This document shows positions 48,201-61,483 of a DNA stretch of 64,000 bases, one piece after another. Below the pieces are notes generated by a model. That model worked only from the letters and a program-made list of their open reading frames with translations, was not told where the DNA came from and did no database searches. How positions within the stretch are numbered: position 1 is the stretch's first letter; the number at the start of each line of letters is the position of its first letter. The DNA is from Psilocybe cubensis (Eukaryota): positions 372,001 to 436,000 of the forward strand of contig CM039007.1 of assembly GCA_017499595.2 (NCBI GenBank), given 5' to 3'. The translations under genes and the position numbers were made by a program.

Positions 48201-48358
48201 AGCGCCGTCACATTGGCCGCCGACACAGGGGACACAGGGAACGGGGCCTTGAACGAGAACGTCGACGTCGACGGCAGGCCCGGTGCAGGGGGCCCAGGCG
48301 ACGACTGTCCGTTTCCCGCATGCGGTCTCACCGTGCTTGAATTATAACTCGCCGCCAT
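44353..48358 (-). CDS. Double Myb/telobox protein, Tay1/Teb1-like, with long low-complexity C-terminus
   Basis: KPRKKWSSEETQMLVDGCNK|HGVGNWKTIL..RSAVDLKDR|FRT and RRPFTEAEDRALKAGYEKHGTTWATI..RRSTDLRDRFRN are two TRF-type Myb domains. Confidence 0.85.
45160..45261 (-). repeat. CAG/CAA/CAT trinucleotide tract encoding polyQ
   Basis: QQQIQ(14)HHQ(5)HHQ(8)-like run inside the Myb-protein ORF. Confidence 0.9.
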
Positions 48359-49470
48359 AACTCGCGCCTTCTTCTTCTTCTTCTTCTCCCACAATTACAG
48401 CCCGCCTTGTTTGTTCCTTTGCTTGCTCGCTCGGGGGGAGCCTACACGGGGAAATGAGATAATCCCTGCGCCTGTGTTTGGAGTGTGAGGCCAGTCGGTT
48501 GTAAGCACAAGACAGAACAAGACAAGATCCGATATGAAAAGAGTATGAATGAAAGATGTTTCTGATAGGAATGAAGAGAAGAAAGAGAAAAAAAGAGTGT
48601 GTCCAAACAGAGCAAGAGAGTCCTCGTTGCTGCTGCCAGGCTTGGGTGCGGCGGTGCCGTGTACGTATGTATTTCTGTGCTGTTTCCTCCTTCCTTCCAA
48701 GTCTGGGTGCTGATTCAGACCCTTGATTCCGGGTTTGAAATAGCCAGCGTGTGTCTGTCTGTCAACTACGAGTCCACGTTCGCGCCGCAGCTGGATATGT
48801 TGAGAATAGGACGAGTTTTGGGTGAGGAAAGAGGCGTATGTTTGGGCACGTTGTAGTGGTAGCAGTTGAGAAGGGGACTGACTCCCTTCCTTACTCGGCG
48901 ACCACGCGACAATAATCTCCATCAGTCCAAGCCTCATGATGGCTTAGAATCAGAACAAAATATATCTACGCCGATACTTTGGGGTTTGATTAATTGCAAT
49001 CGATATTTCACAGAATACAAACTACAAGCTACATGAAGTTATGAACAAGCTTTGGAATCAAGTATTATCACCTGAACATAGGAGGCGATCCAACTTCCCT
49101 TGCCCAACATGTGTACTCCCACAAACATGCGCAGGTCGGATGCTATCGGCATTGGGACGGGCAAAAGATGGATTTCCAGACATAACGATGTGTCGTGCGA
49201 TCCGGGAACGGCATCTGCGAGAGAACAAATCCACAAAACCTCGGTATTATTCTCATGAAAGTAGGGCAGCGGGTTTGGCAGCGATATCGCCTAGCGGACA
49301 TACCCCGACTATCACACACGCGCCTACAAATACCTTCTTTGAAACAGGGTCCGCCGAAACGTGCCAAAAAAGAAGAGGAGAAAGAAAAAAAAATGTACAC
49401 GCGTCCCCGCCTCATGCTCATTAAATATATGTACACGCCGCCAACGACGCTTGAAGGTTATAATCGTACC

Positions 49471-51077
49471 CTAAGCCGTCTGCGGCACCTCAGACGCAAG
49501 TCTGGTTGCGACTTTGTTCAACTTGTCAACCCACTCTCCGATCCTATTCGACAAACCAGCAATCTGTTCCCGGGACAGCACCCGCGGCTGTACCCAAGTG
49601 ATGAGTACTTTCTGATCAACCTCGTCGATGGAACCTTTGATAAGTTTCAAACTATACGCAGACGAAAAGTTATATTAGATTCTTTTGAATATCGCAAAAC
49701 AAAAACAAAGCCTAACCTCAATGCTCTCATAACCAAAAATTCAACGTCCTCAATCGGCAAATGTGTCTCCTCAGCAATTGTCTTGAATGACATTGTTCTG
49801 TTATTTCCCTGTCGTCTGAAAGCAGATTCGATCAACGCCATCAGGCAGATCTTTTGTTGTAGGAACGCGATGTTCTGCGCCAGGGGTGGCTTTGCGGTTC
49901 ACCGACATCAGACAGACAGAAAAAGGTAAAATTATTGGATTTAAGCTTACCTTGCTCGCGAAAAGTGGAACAAGGGCCTCGTATTTCCCAATGCTGCCCT
50001 CATTGAAGGTGAACAAAAGTTTCTTCAACCACGCGTGATTTGTGCCGTCTAATGAATCCAAAATTGGGTGTTGAAGCTAAGAAAGACGCGCGTTACATGG
50101 AATGATAGCAAAAAAGATCAAGAAAAAGTGCTGTACCAGTTCACCAAAGTTATAAATGGTATCTGCAAGCAGCGCCGACAAGCTAAGGTCATGCGCTCTC
50201 TCCAATCGTTCCTGAGGCGACATATCCTTCTCAATATCGACACACGCAAGGTAAAGCAGTGAGTTCTTGTAATACGACGCAAAGTCACCCTTCATCTGAT
50301 AATCGACGACATCCTATCAATAACTATGTTGACCACAACAATATAATACAGACTTACCTTGAAATAATCCGCCGCGACACGGTAGTACGCCGCGTTCACG
50401 CTATTCTCCACGCTATCTAGGCTGTCTAGAATTTTCTGCGCCGCGTCGATGTCCGTCTTCGTTCCCTGCTGGTCCCCAAACAGTAGCTTCGCTTTTGCGA
50501 TCGCGGTGAGCAAGATGACGTGCGCTTCAGGTGCTGTCTCCTTGTCGATCCGCGAGAGGAGCGCAGTGAGGAAGTTCTGGGGCGCTATTCCACCATATCA
50601 GACCCACAGGAATATTTTTCAGGGAGTCAAGAAAGATCATAGCATAAGAAAGAACATAAAGATGATCAGCAACCTATGAACATATCGCCCGACCAAAATA
50701 CGGGCACTCACCGTCGATCACACCCGCTACTTTAACAGCCATCTCCGCCAACCGTAGCTGGTTCAGTTTCGACTCGAAATCCCTTACAAACAACTCAAAC
50801 ACTCGCTGTCGGAAAGGTCCCGATGACGGATGGTCGAAGAATTCGAAGAGCTTCAGTGTAAGCTGATGCCATAGTCTGCATTATCATTAATTTCCAAAAC
50901 ATCAAAACGATCGATAACTTCTCAGCGCATGTGTACATAATCAACTCACTTCCGTGTGTACAGAGTCTTGAACGACTCAAAGAACGGATGCAGCTCCGCT
51001 GGAGTGTGCGCAAGCGCTCCGGAGATGAAGTCCTCCAGCACAAGCTTGGGTGGTTGAGCTGCTGTTGGCTGTGCCAT
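49471..51077 (-). CDS. RPN9: 26S proteasome lid subunit Rpn9 (PSMD13)
   Basis: LYTRK|LWHQLT; YYKNSLLYLAC; ALLADTIYNFGEL; LQQKICLMALIE; VEFLVMRAL; ITWVQPRVL. Confidence 0.95.
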
Positions 51078-51904
51078 ATATTCTTGATATCGAGTTCCTT
51101 TTATTTGGTATACAGAACAAGTATAGAAAAAAAATGGAAAGGGAGGGCGATGTGCGGATGGGAGATTGGGGTTTACAGAGTGATCATATCCCTGTCGAGC
51201 AAGGGCGAGACGCGTCGCCCTAAATGTGTCCTTGTTTGGCTGGCACGTGAAGTTCAAGCTAGTCAAAAAATCGTAACTGGCACCGAGCTGCAGTCCTTTG
51301 AACAACACCACACGATTTGAACCCAAACCAACAACTCGACTTGTTCCGAATTATCTATGTATGAGATAAATTGTCCTCGGAAACAATGAAGAAGTTTTAC
51401 TTACAGATATATGCCACCTCAACTGCTAAATCGATACGAAGATCATTTTTCATTTCATCCGACCAAAGGTGGCGCTAATAAATATAAGTACGTCGAATTC
51501 TCTCTACGGCTTCTTGAACATGCTCCAGGACTAAGGAATAACTCTTGACAGGCGTCTAAAATCTTCTTTCGACACTTAGATTCATTCATTCTACTTTGAA
51601 TGCCAGCACTGCCATCTGATTCAAATCCGCCAGGCAGAAAAATATCCTGCACCTCATGATGATCCTATCGCCATATCAGCTTGACAAGTCTTGACTTATC
51701 GAGCAACTTCCAAGTGATCTTCAACCGAATTTAAGCCGGCACTTCGACTAGATTGTTTTCGCTCTATTTTTAGAACGACCCTCAGCGTCGTGTCGCTGCA
51801 GGAAAACCATGAGGCTTCAGCAATGCCATCAAATCGTAATGATACTTCAAGCCTCTAGGCAGCAGGGACAATGCTCTTAACTGAACCTTTAATCTCACAC
51901 TAAA

Positions 51905-53286
51905 ATGTCAAGGACCAACATTATTCTCTCAACGCCTCATAACTACGACCTCCAAGGCCTGGCCGAAACGACCCAACAGTCTTTAAGCCTCCTCAAACCA
52001 TGGACAACGCTTCCCCCGTCTCCGTTCGTAATTTTTTCCAATAGGCTCATACTTCCTTCTAAATTGCTGCACGAAACTATAGATCAAACCCACTCATTGG
52101 GGAGATATCTACAAAAGCAGCTAATTATGTATCTGCCATACAAATGGGCGTATCAGCAGCATACAGCGGCTTCACCGTAACCGAAGAGGTACTGTTTCTA
52201 GCAAAAGTGCTCCCCGTAGACGATCAGGAGGATCTTAAACAATACCTTGTCGGCATGATGGATCTCGCGCGGGAAGCACGGGAAAATGCAAACAGCGCAT
52301 TCCAAGCCTTTCGCAATGTGCGCACCGACATCTACGAAGTAAGTAAATGGATTTTTTCTACTAAACTGCGTTGATATTTACTGCTTATTGCATAGACGAT
52401 GTCCCAATTGACAGAACAGCTCAAATCTGCTGACCACCCTGGTCATAGGGCTAGAGACGACTATCCACAGTATCGCAAGGATGATCTCGACGTTTTAGTC
52501 AAATTCAGCGAATACCTATCCAAATACGCAGAGTGGTGGGACTGGATCAAAGTCGAGACGGACCCCTCCTCAAGCTCGAAAAATGAACCCCTTGCTTTTC
52601 AGCTGGACAGCCTTACTGATCCAGAAGCTGTCAAAAGGTGGACACAGCTTAGATCGCAGTATACTGCCTACGTTCAGATGGTGAGCACAGAACTCTCCGA
52701 TCAATTCAGCATATTGACCATAAGCCTGCCTCATCATTCATTATATGGTCAGATTGGAGAATTCGAGGACTCGGATCCACAGTTTTTCAACCGATCTATT
52801 TCACCATCTCCTGAAGGCTCTGGTCAAAGTTCGACTAACAAACATATAATGGACGTTTCATCTACCCCATCCTCAACGGCCACACTACACGCCTCAGCTT
52901 CTCATGCGACTGGACCTCAAACTGTCAATGGCTCAAGCACTCCCCCTCATAATTCTTCTAGTCACCAACCCAACAAACCTACTCCAGAAAGACCTTCATC
53001 CGTCGATATTAAGCTAAATGGCAATAAATCTTCGGGCCCGTCATGGCACATCAAATCCGTCAATCTTATATCAAAATTCATCAAATCTCTCCAAAGAACA
53101 AAGTTCGGACAAATAGCAATCCGCTGCGTCACAAAACGTGGTTCTTACGCGGCGCAGAATCCAAACCAAACCTCTACTGAGCCTTCGCCCAAAAAGAAGA
53201 AAAATGAAAAGAAAGCACCCACTCCATCTTCCTCCGTCAATCCTTCGCCGACAAAAAACAGTACTCCCAAAACCGGCAGTGATTGA
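51905..53286 (+). CDS. Hypothetical protein, alpha-helical N-terminal half and Ser/Pro-rich tail
   Basis: ORFs 51905, 52144 and 52399 can be joined through GT-AG introns of typical size. No motif recognised. Confidence 0.6.
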
Positions 53287-53971
53287 CACGGCTCTGTACA
53301 CAGTTTCGATACTTTATTCTAGTTTGTTTGCGTCTATGACTATACGATATGTTGTGAGAGTTCGCAGACTTAATCACATCCCTGCTCAGTCCAATCTTTC
53401 CATTTATTTACCAGTTTTTGATTGACACGATTGCTTTGGGAACGAAATTGATTATACATGATAACCCTGGGATTTTGTGGGTTTGAGCGGCGTTCTCCTA
53501 CGACACCGCCTGCCTGGCCATGTCTCAAAGTCAGACTTTGGCTCACTGAATAATGCCAATCGGACTTTCCTGATCCTGTTTTCGCTTTCACAAGCCATAT
53601 ATAACAAGGTCCACAGTCAAAAATTCTTAATATTTCTGCTTTGTATGCGTTGCGTGTAAATAGCCAAGCAGTGAATGCATTGATATCAGAATGGATGAAT
53701 GTGTACGTAAAGAAAGAAGGGTGAAAAAAATGAAAAAACAGCCAAGAGCCGTACAAATCAACTCGAGGAAATTAGGGAATTCGTTACGAATGAATGCATA
53801 TTAGGTGAACTACGAAGGGGTGTCCATAACATGGTCAAAAAACCATCATCATCAAAAGGTTCGAACAAAGAAAGAGCCACAGGGATAAATAAAGTCTATG
53901 AGCGAAGTACCATGAACATCAGGTTCTTCTCGAACTCAAGCGAAAAACGACGAAGGAGACCCCTGAGCCAC

Positions 53972-54703
53972 TTAGAACTTGGTGACAGCAGAGCGGGCGG
54001 ACCTGTAGGCGTTTCCGACAGAGCCAAACGAGCGGCTGTTGTCCCAGTTGTTGCCGCTGGGGACGATGTAGGAGTTGCCGAGGTCGTGGCCGGAGAATCC
54101 CCAGTCGTTGACGCTGAGCGAGCCGTCGCTCTCGTAGAAGTCGTTGAAGTGGGAGAGGATTCCAGAATCGTAGCCGACGTTGCGACCGGAGAAGCGGCGC
54201 AGGTCGCGGCTGAAGCCGTGCAGGCTTGAGTGGAACTGCTCGAAGACGACGGTTTGAGTCTCAACTTCACAGATCTGCTCGGAGATGATGCTGGAGAGTG
54301 GTTGGAGGGTCAGTCAAGTGTATGGCTTGGGAGGAGAAACACTGACCGCTTGGCCATCTCCTGGAGGACGAGGAGACGCTGTTGGATGATGGTAATGCTC
54401 TGCGAGTGGCAGACGACTTCCTTCTCCTTAACTACGGAGATGGAGCTCTCGCTGAAGTGGCTATTGTCAAAGTTATCGGCTCCATAGAAGTTGTCGAAGT
54501 TGTGGAAGGAACTGAGTCCTTGGTAGCCGTTGAAGGAGTGGAATCCACCGCGGGCGACTAAGAAAAGATAGAATTGAGTGATGCAGATCAGCGACATAGA
54601 CATAGTATGTCATACCTAAATCGGTGTTCGTGGGGGCGGCAGAGACACCAGCAGAGAGGACAGAAATAGCGACAGTAAGTGCAGCAGCGAATTTAGCGAA
54701 CAT
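53972..54703 (-). CDS. Small secreted protein of an agaricomycete family, function unknown
   Basis: Signal peptide MFAKFAAALTVAISVLSAGVSA; two introns; core IIQQRLLVLQEMAKR|IISEQICEVETQTVVFEQF; TATAAAA on the minus strand at 54965-54959. Confidence 0.85.
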
Positions 54704-55563
54704 GATGATGATTTAAAGTGACGAAATGGAATAAAAGACGAAGTCTAAATAGAATACAAATCAACTTCATTGTTCCAGTGTAGACCATGGGTGTGTATAC
54801 TCACTTGCTATAAGCACAAATGTAAGGCCTTCCCTGGAGGATTTGTACGAAGTGATCAAAGACTGTGGATGGGCAACCGGGCCAAACAAAAGAGCGAAAA
54901 GCGAAACAGAAGAAATGGAACGAAAGGATGATGCTTCCCTCCCAAGAATCCCACAGGCTTTTATACCTCTTTGTTGGTCTTGGCATTTTATCGCTACCAC
55001 CATATTTCACAGGAACATATGGAACATGACTGGAAGTACAGGCTTCCCGGTGCCTCCACGAACAAAACCACGGTTTGACACGGTAATACACCTGTTTACT
55101 GTCATAGGTGTGACGGTCGCACAGGACGAGCCAACGCCCGTCTTATTTTTGGCAGATATTCTGCTGTGAAACGCTGTGAGACGTCGCAATACTCATGGTC
55201 CCATAGGCGTCAAATCAAATGCCCATCACAGAGGAAGTCAAACTGGATTTTTGAATGATGAGTCTATTCTTGTAAATGAATCAACTGCTATAGGGACAAG
55301 AGCACAGACGTACCATTAAGAGCCGTTAAACCCATAAACCCAGTTTCATGCCTGCTAGTAGACGACTTCGTTAAAAGGCGAGTCGAGTCGGGCCCAAGAT
55401 AATGCAAGAGATGGAGGCGGAAGGCAAGTTCGGACTTTGTCGGCGTGTGTATTTCATTAAGGTCGCTCTGGTGCTTGTATTTGTTTGGTTCCGAGGGCAA
55501 TACATGTTCCAAGTGAAGTCGTTCTGTTTTCTTTGTTTTTCACTTTCTTGACTATCGCTACAC

Positions 55564-58500
55564 ATGACTTCTAAAGCTAGATTGAAGTCGTTCGCCGACG
55601 ACGTCGAGGACGCTGAGGTTGCATCTCTGTTGGAAGCGCAACACAGCTCAGGCGACAATGGCCAATGGTCAAAGGACAAGTCTGGCGACCTCGATTGGAG
55701 TTATACGGCTCGAACCGTTCGTACATTGAGCCATGACCAGTTGCTCAACGAACTTTGGGAGAAAGGATTTTCAATCCCCCCAAGGGAATACAATCCTTCA
55801 GCGCCATTTGTCTACGTCAAAATGTTTAATGGCGAAGTCGTCACCCTTCCACACGGTTACCGCCTGCCTCTTATGTTCGTCGCAAGATATTATTGGGGAA
55901 TCGCTCTGAGCAAGCTTAACGACGTAAATCTATGGAAGAAGGAGCGGGCAAATGTGTACCACCTCTCGCGTTTATGCGAAAATTTGTTCCAACGAGCACG
56001 CGCCAAGGCTTTTGCTGGTGGCATGGAGAAGGGGTGGCGATGTGTTATGTTCGATCGATTGTTGGCGAGATTTTATAAATCATGGTATCGCAATGACCCT
56101 CCAGCTGGGAAGGAGTTTGAGCAAAAATTCAGTGTAAAGGAATACGATAGGGACGTTCTCAAGCATGGTGCGTGTAATCTGCCATTCAACCAATTTCCCA
56201 CTCATATCAATGTTGCTCAGACTGGAAAAGATGGTGCACAAGAGGTCTCAATGGCGTCAGAATGAAGGAGCAAGAAGTCTCCGATGGTATCACAATTGCT
56301 GAGTTCCGGGCAGGCTTAGAAAGACTGGGAGATGGAGAGTGGTCTCTTTTTGGCGAACGTCTAACTTGGATTGGCGATGATGAGGAATTATCATGGAGCT
56401 CTGAGTCAGAGCTTACAGAATTTGAGATGGACGATGAAGCCGAACAGGGGGCACAAGAAGAAGAGGAAGAGGAAGAAAATGCGGACAGCGATCTCGATGC
56501 TGAAGGCGATGAAGTAGGGGACGATGACGACGATCCTACAACTCACCAATCAGGGCCTACTGATTTAGAGGATGCCCCATCGAAAAGGGTTCGAGACCTC
56601 CCTATCGACGAAGACGAAAATGAGCGTGCTACGAAACGCGCTCGAATCGAGATGATCAGTGATACCTCACATCGTCGCCACAAGGTCAACAATATCGTCG
56701 CCCTGACCCGTACGCTGGCGGCCATGGAAAAGAATCCTATATGGGCCAGAAATAATTTTTCAGGAGCTTCAGGATCTGGGAATGGGAATGAATCTCAGGA
56801 ACCTAGACAATCAATCGGTCCCACACCACCTGCAAATCCTTTAGATCCAGAGGCTGAGGAGACCATTGTCTCACGCCCGCGGCCTGTATCTCAACCGCCC
56901 ATAGGTTCTGGTGTAGATTCTTCGTCTGTGACAAACAATGGCACTCTCGCCAATAGGGGAGAGCGTCCGAGTAGCCCAAATTCAATGCCTCTGCAAACTT
57001 CAGTTCCTCGCCGTTTCTCCTCCGTCACCCTTAGTCAATTAAGGAGCCCTTCTGCCAATGCATCCTCGAGCAAGCTGTCTTCCGCTTCCAACCCCTCCAC
57101 AAATAAACCCCGTCGATCTGGGAAAAAGGCTCCACATCCATCGCTTCTTCATCCATCCGGTTCGAAACCCCGTCAAACTCGCGCTTCACAGATTGCTGGT
57201 GTGGCCACCGTGAATGTCTATGTTAGTGACGGAAAGCCTCGGGGTGGTGCGGTAGCTCACGCTGCCGCGCGTGCTGCGAGGAAAGCTGCCGAGCAGAGCC
57301 GGGCTTCATCAGTCTCTTCATCTTCGTCTTCATCAGGCTCATCTCGGTCACCTTCACCAACTCCATCCGCATCGCAATCTAACCTGCCTTTCCGCTCACC
57401 GGCTCCTCAGCAATCGACATTACCCCCTACGGGACACACCTCTACTGAACAGGCGGATACTGAAAACACGCTGCATGCGCAAACGGGTAAATGGGCAGCG
57501 ATTGCACCCCCGCCTCCGCCACCTGGACGATCTGCCGCGGCCAGGAACAAGCGTGCTGCTCAGGCTTCTGTAGGAGCCGAATCCCATCGTCCGGAGAACT
57601 CGCAGGAATTTATCACTAGCGAGGCTTTGAAACTCTTGGTGAACCTGGTCACCTCTAGCCGGAACGAGGGTGAGAAGTTGATTAATGCCGGTAGTGCATC
57701 CTCCTCTTCCACCGCTGTGCCGTCGATAGGTACTGCCCCTGCCTCTGGTTCTGCGATTGACCAACAGGCGTTGGAAGGTCGATTCCAGCATTTCGAGGGG
57801 CGTTTCTTATCCGTGAAAGAAGAACTTGTTGGGATTGTTGATAGGTTGCAAGCTTTGGAGAAAGAGGCACGGGAACAGAGGGAAGCACGGAAGGCGTTAA
57901 GTGATAAGGAGTTTTGCGATCGAAATATAGGGTGTGCTCCTGAGGGGACATCTCAGAGCACGCAGACGGAGCGTAATTCTGTCGACAAGAATCAAGGTGG
58001 AGATGAGGATGTAGAGATGATGAGTGTAGAGAAGGAGAGTGGCGAAAAAGAGAGGAGTATTGATCTACGTCGGGGTGTGCAATCCGTTCCACGGGCAATG
58101 GGCGAAATTGCAATCCAGACTGACCAGGTGGAGGACGACTCAGCGGCTAAATCGCACGCCTCTTCTTCCAGCCAGTCGGGCACTCAGCGGGACACCGACA
58201 TTGGTTCTGGTGCGAATCGGAATGGGCCTGACACTCACTCCTCAGGTCATTGCGGGGGTTCCGAGACGGATACCGATTCTACGCTCAATGCTGCAAAGGA
58301 CGAGACCATCGATCCATGTGCGGCTGAGATGTCATCGAACCTATCTCTTTTGGTGAACAACCTCGTGTCTGTTAAGATGCTGTCGCTCGTCGGGGACATG
58401 GTTAAAGGAAAGTCTAAGGACACCTCAGCTGCTGACCCAGACATATCTATCCGGTCGATGTCCCCTGTAATCCCGTCATCGGACTCGTTCGCCATCAACA

Positions 58501-59045
58501 ATATCATGGACGAGGTTAAGGCTTTAAAAGACGAGGCCCGCGCAAGGGAGCAGAGAGACAAAGAGGAAATAATGGCATTGCGACAACTACACTCCGCCGA
58601 AGTGGATGCACTTAGGAGACGACTGTCCTACCTCGAATCACAGAGCCGATATCTAGATTCAGACCGCTATCGTTCTTCGTCTCACCACGAAGAATACCAT
58701 ATTTCAGCCCCTGTCGGCAATGATCACCATTACCATAACGAGGGAGGACGACACAGCCGAAGCCGACAACCCGCATTCCACAGCGCCAGTGCTCGCGTTC
58801 ACCGCTCGCCAGTTGTCGGGGATGGTGATCAACCACACTCGCAGTCGCATACACCTGTGCCAGATAGGGACAGGAATGGCACCGGGCCCTCCTCGAGCTC
58901 CAGTTCGAACCCTATGCCGACCCCATTGAATTCCGAGCGTAGTTTCTCGTTTACACGACCGGGTACTGATCGCGAGGATGATATTCCTTTACCCATCAAG
59001 TCGCAGCGGAAACATATGTTTGCCACTCGTGCAACGTTTGGCTGA
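55564..59045 (+). CDS. Large hypothetical protein (folded N-terminal domain, acidic tract, disordered regions, two coiled-coil segments)
   Basis: 233-aa and 927-aa ORFs joined by an intron at ~56169-56220 (KH|DWKRWC). Confidence 0.8.
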
Positions 59046-59727
59046 TCTGATTTGACCTGTTTTTTCAGGATATTAAACACTTCTGCGCCGTTTACGCATA
59101 CTATTAGTAATTATTCTCTATTTCTCGTTATGACTTTCCCATCTCGCACGCTTTCCCTATCGTTTTATCATATGCGTTGTAAAGTTCACTCTTAACCCAC
59201 TTTTGTGATAATGAAGCCTTGATGTCAATCCGACGCTCACTCCATGCTTTCTTCAGTTTATACATCCTTTCCTATTTGTCGAGACTTGTATGGTCACTTG
59301 TCATCCAAACATTGCAAGCTCCCGTAGTCAGTGTCTCATCTGTATCCTCTAGCTGCTATTCTGTCTTCAACCGGTGTACTCGTCCTTAACTTTACCTTTG
59401 AACGAAATTTAGGCACTGTTTTAACCCCGGATATTCGAATTAGAGCCGCAAGAACGGGAAGACAGGCATTCGTAAATCAACTTCAAGTTTCAAGCACCGC
59501 ATCGATAGCTCCTGGCACCCCGGTTGCATCACCTTTGTTTGACTACTACAGCTGTTGATGGACATCACTTGGGCATCCGACACCATAATCTAAACAATCT
59601 CAAACGCCGGAGGAAACGGTCCATAGAATCAGCCTATTAATCATCACTGATCAGCAGTCGGGCTTCTTTATCACGACGAGGATCATCTATAACCTTTGGT
59701 CTTTTCTTGAACTCAGGACATTCCTCT

Positions 59728-60905
59728 ATGAGCGGTATTAATTCAACCACTCCTCAGGATCAGCGAATTGGTCTGGCTGCTTTGAATGCATACATTTCAG
59801 GAATCAAACCACAGCTCTACGTATTGATGATTTGTGCGGTCTGGCTAGGTGTTTCTCTGCCACTGATGGTGATCCTGTTCTACACGTCGTCCAAATCGCT
59901 ACGCCGATCAGGTATCTTCATTAGCAACTTGGTGGGAATATGCTTGAGCGTCACAATGGGTCTCTTGTATCTCTCAATCCAGGCAAGTTTCATTCACCTG
60001 TGCAAGACCAAGAACGTGAATTATATATTTTCCATTTCGAAATTTTTGACGACAGATGACGGCCATTTTAAAGCCTTTTGATCTGCTTAACCGCGCAGAA
60101 GTGCTGGCCTATACATTTATTGCAGCATCGCTCGGCATCTACGTCGATTGTATTCTATTCTTTCGTGTGTTGGTCGTTTATCCTCGCCATGCGACACCCG
60201 AACGTTTGTGGAGCTGTATCATTACCCTCCTAGTCACTGTCAAAATTGCTCGGCTCATCAATTTTTGTATCCTCTTTACCCATATTTTTCAAGGAAGCAA
60301 AGCAATATCCAGCAATGCGGATTACATTCCAATGGTCAAAAGCTTGCCGGGAGAAATTATTGAATGGTCTCTCCAGCTAGTAGATAACGCGTATGATACC
60401 TCTTCCAGACTGAAAATCGTTTCATTAACTTAACTTTTACATCTTTTTAGACTTTGTTCTGCCCTTTTTCTGTGGAAAATCAACGAAGGGAGTGTGTATT
60501 CCCTACAGCTTTTTCGTGGAAGATTCAAAAGTAAGAGATGCCCATTGCCTATCGCATACTTCCCGTTACTCGCATCATTCTGATACTGGACGTAATTCAG
60601 ATAATCAATATCGAAATCCACTTGGCACATTATTCTGGATTGCCACCACCAACTTCGTTTTTCCGTGTCTGTTCGACATTATTGTGATTGTGCTCTTCTT
60701 CAAAGATCCACATCCCAGTCATTATTTCATCATGATGATATCCAACGTCAACGTTCAGATAATTGGGGTACTTTTTGCCACGATTTGGAAGGCAACAAAA
60801 AATGGAAGCTGCATCACGGATATCACATTCGAGGCTCCCAAATCGAATATTCGTTTTGCTCACTCGGAAACAGCGATAAGCAAGGATCAAGCAAGACCTC
60901 AATAA
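59728..60905 (+). CDS. Seven-TM-like membrane protein, possible remote Ste2-type GPCR fold
   Basis: About 7 hydrophobic segments over four exons. The first intron is GC-AG (GCAAGT at 59983, AG at 60054-60055). Confidence 0.7.
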
Positions 60906-61483
60906 GGACCATGGCGTATTTTATTTTGCAAAAAACCTCGTTTATTCTCATATTGTGGTGAACGATATGGTTACCTTTGTACAGATAAATCCAATCAATC
61001 TACTATGCACTGTAGCTTCAAATCCACTCCCCTAAAATTGTCCTGACTATCTTCCATAATTGGGGTGTATGCCTGAGCGCTTCTTGTGTTGAAGCGTAGT
61101 CAAAACCATGGCCACCTGCTCTTGTACCTGCATGTGGTACACTTGACATCCGATTTTTCAATAGGTAGGAGTCAAGAAGTTTAGCTGCGGTTTTGAATCG
61201 GGAATTAGCAGGGTGGTGACTTAAATATTAGCAGTGTCGGGAACTCACGTAAGACAAACGGATTGGTACGATTCAGTGCTCGTGCATTAAGTGCCTGATA
61301 GTCTAGCTTTCTTTCATAGGAGCGGCCGACTATCATCGTAGACGCATAAGGAACTGCATATTTCGGCGTACATATGGCCTAATTTGTCAAGATTTCTACT
61401 GCTGTGTACCTTGGTGTACAAATTGTAATGTGCGTTATTGTCATGTCGTTCAGGTATAAGTTGTACAATTAGTGTTAAATAAG

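Noticed and set aside
44491-48347. Long plus-strand ORFs opposite the Myb gene (including a polyL ORF)
   Set aside because: Antisense shadows of a GC-rich, low-complexity coding strand.
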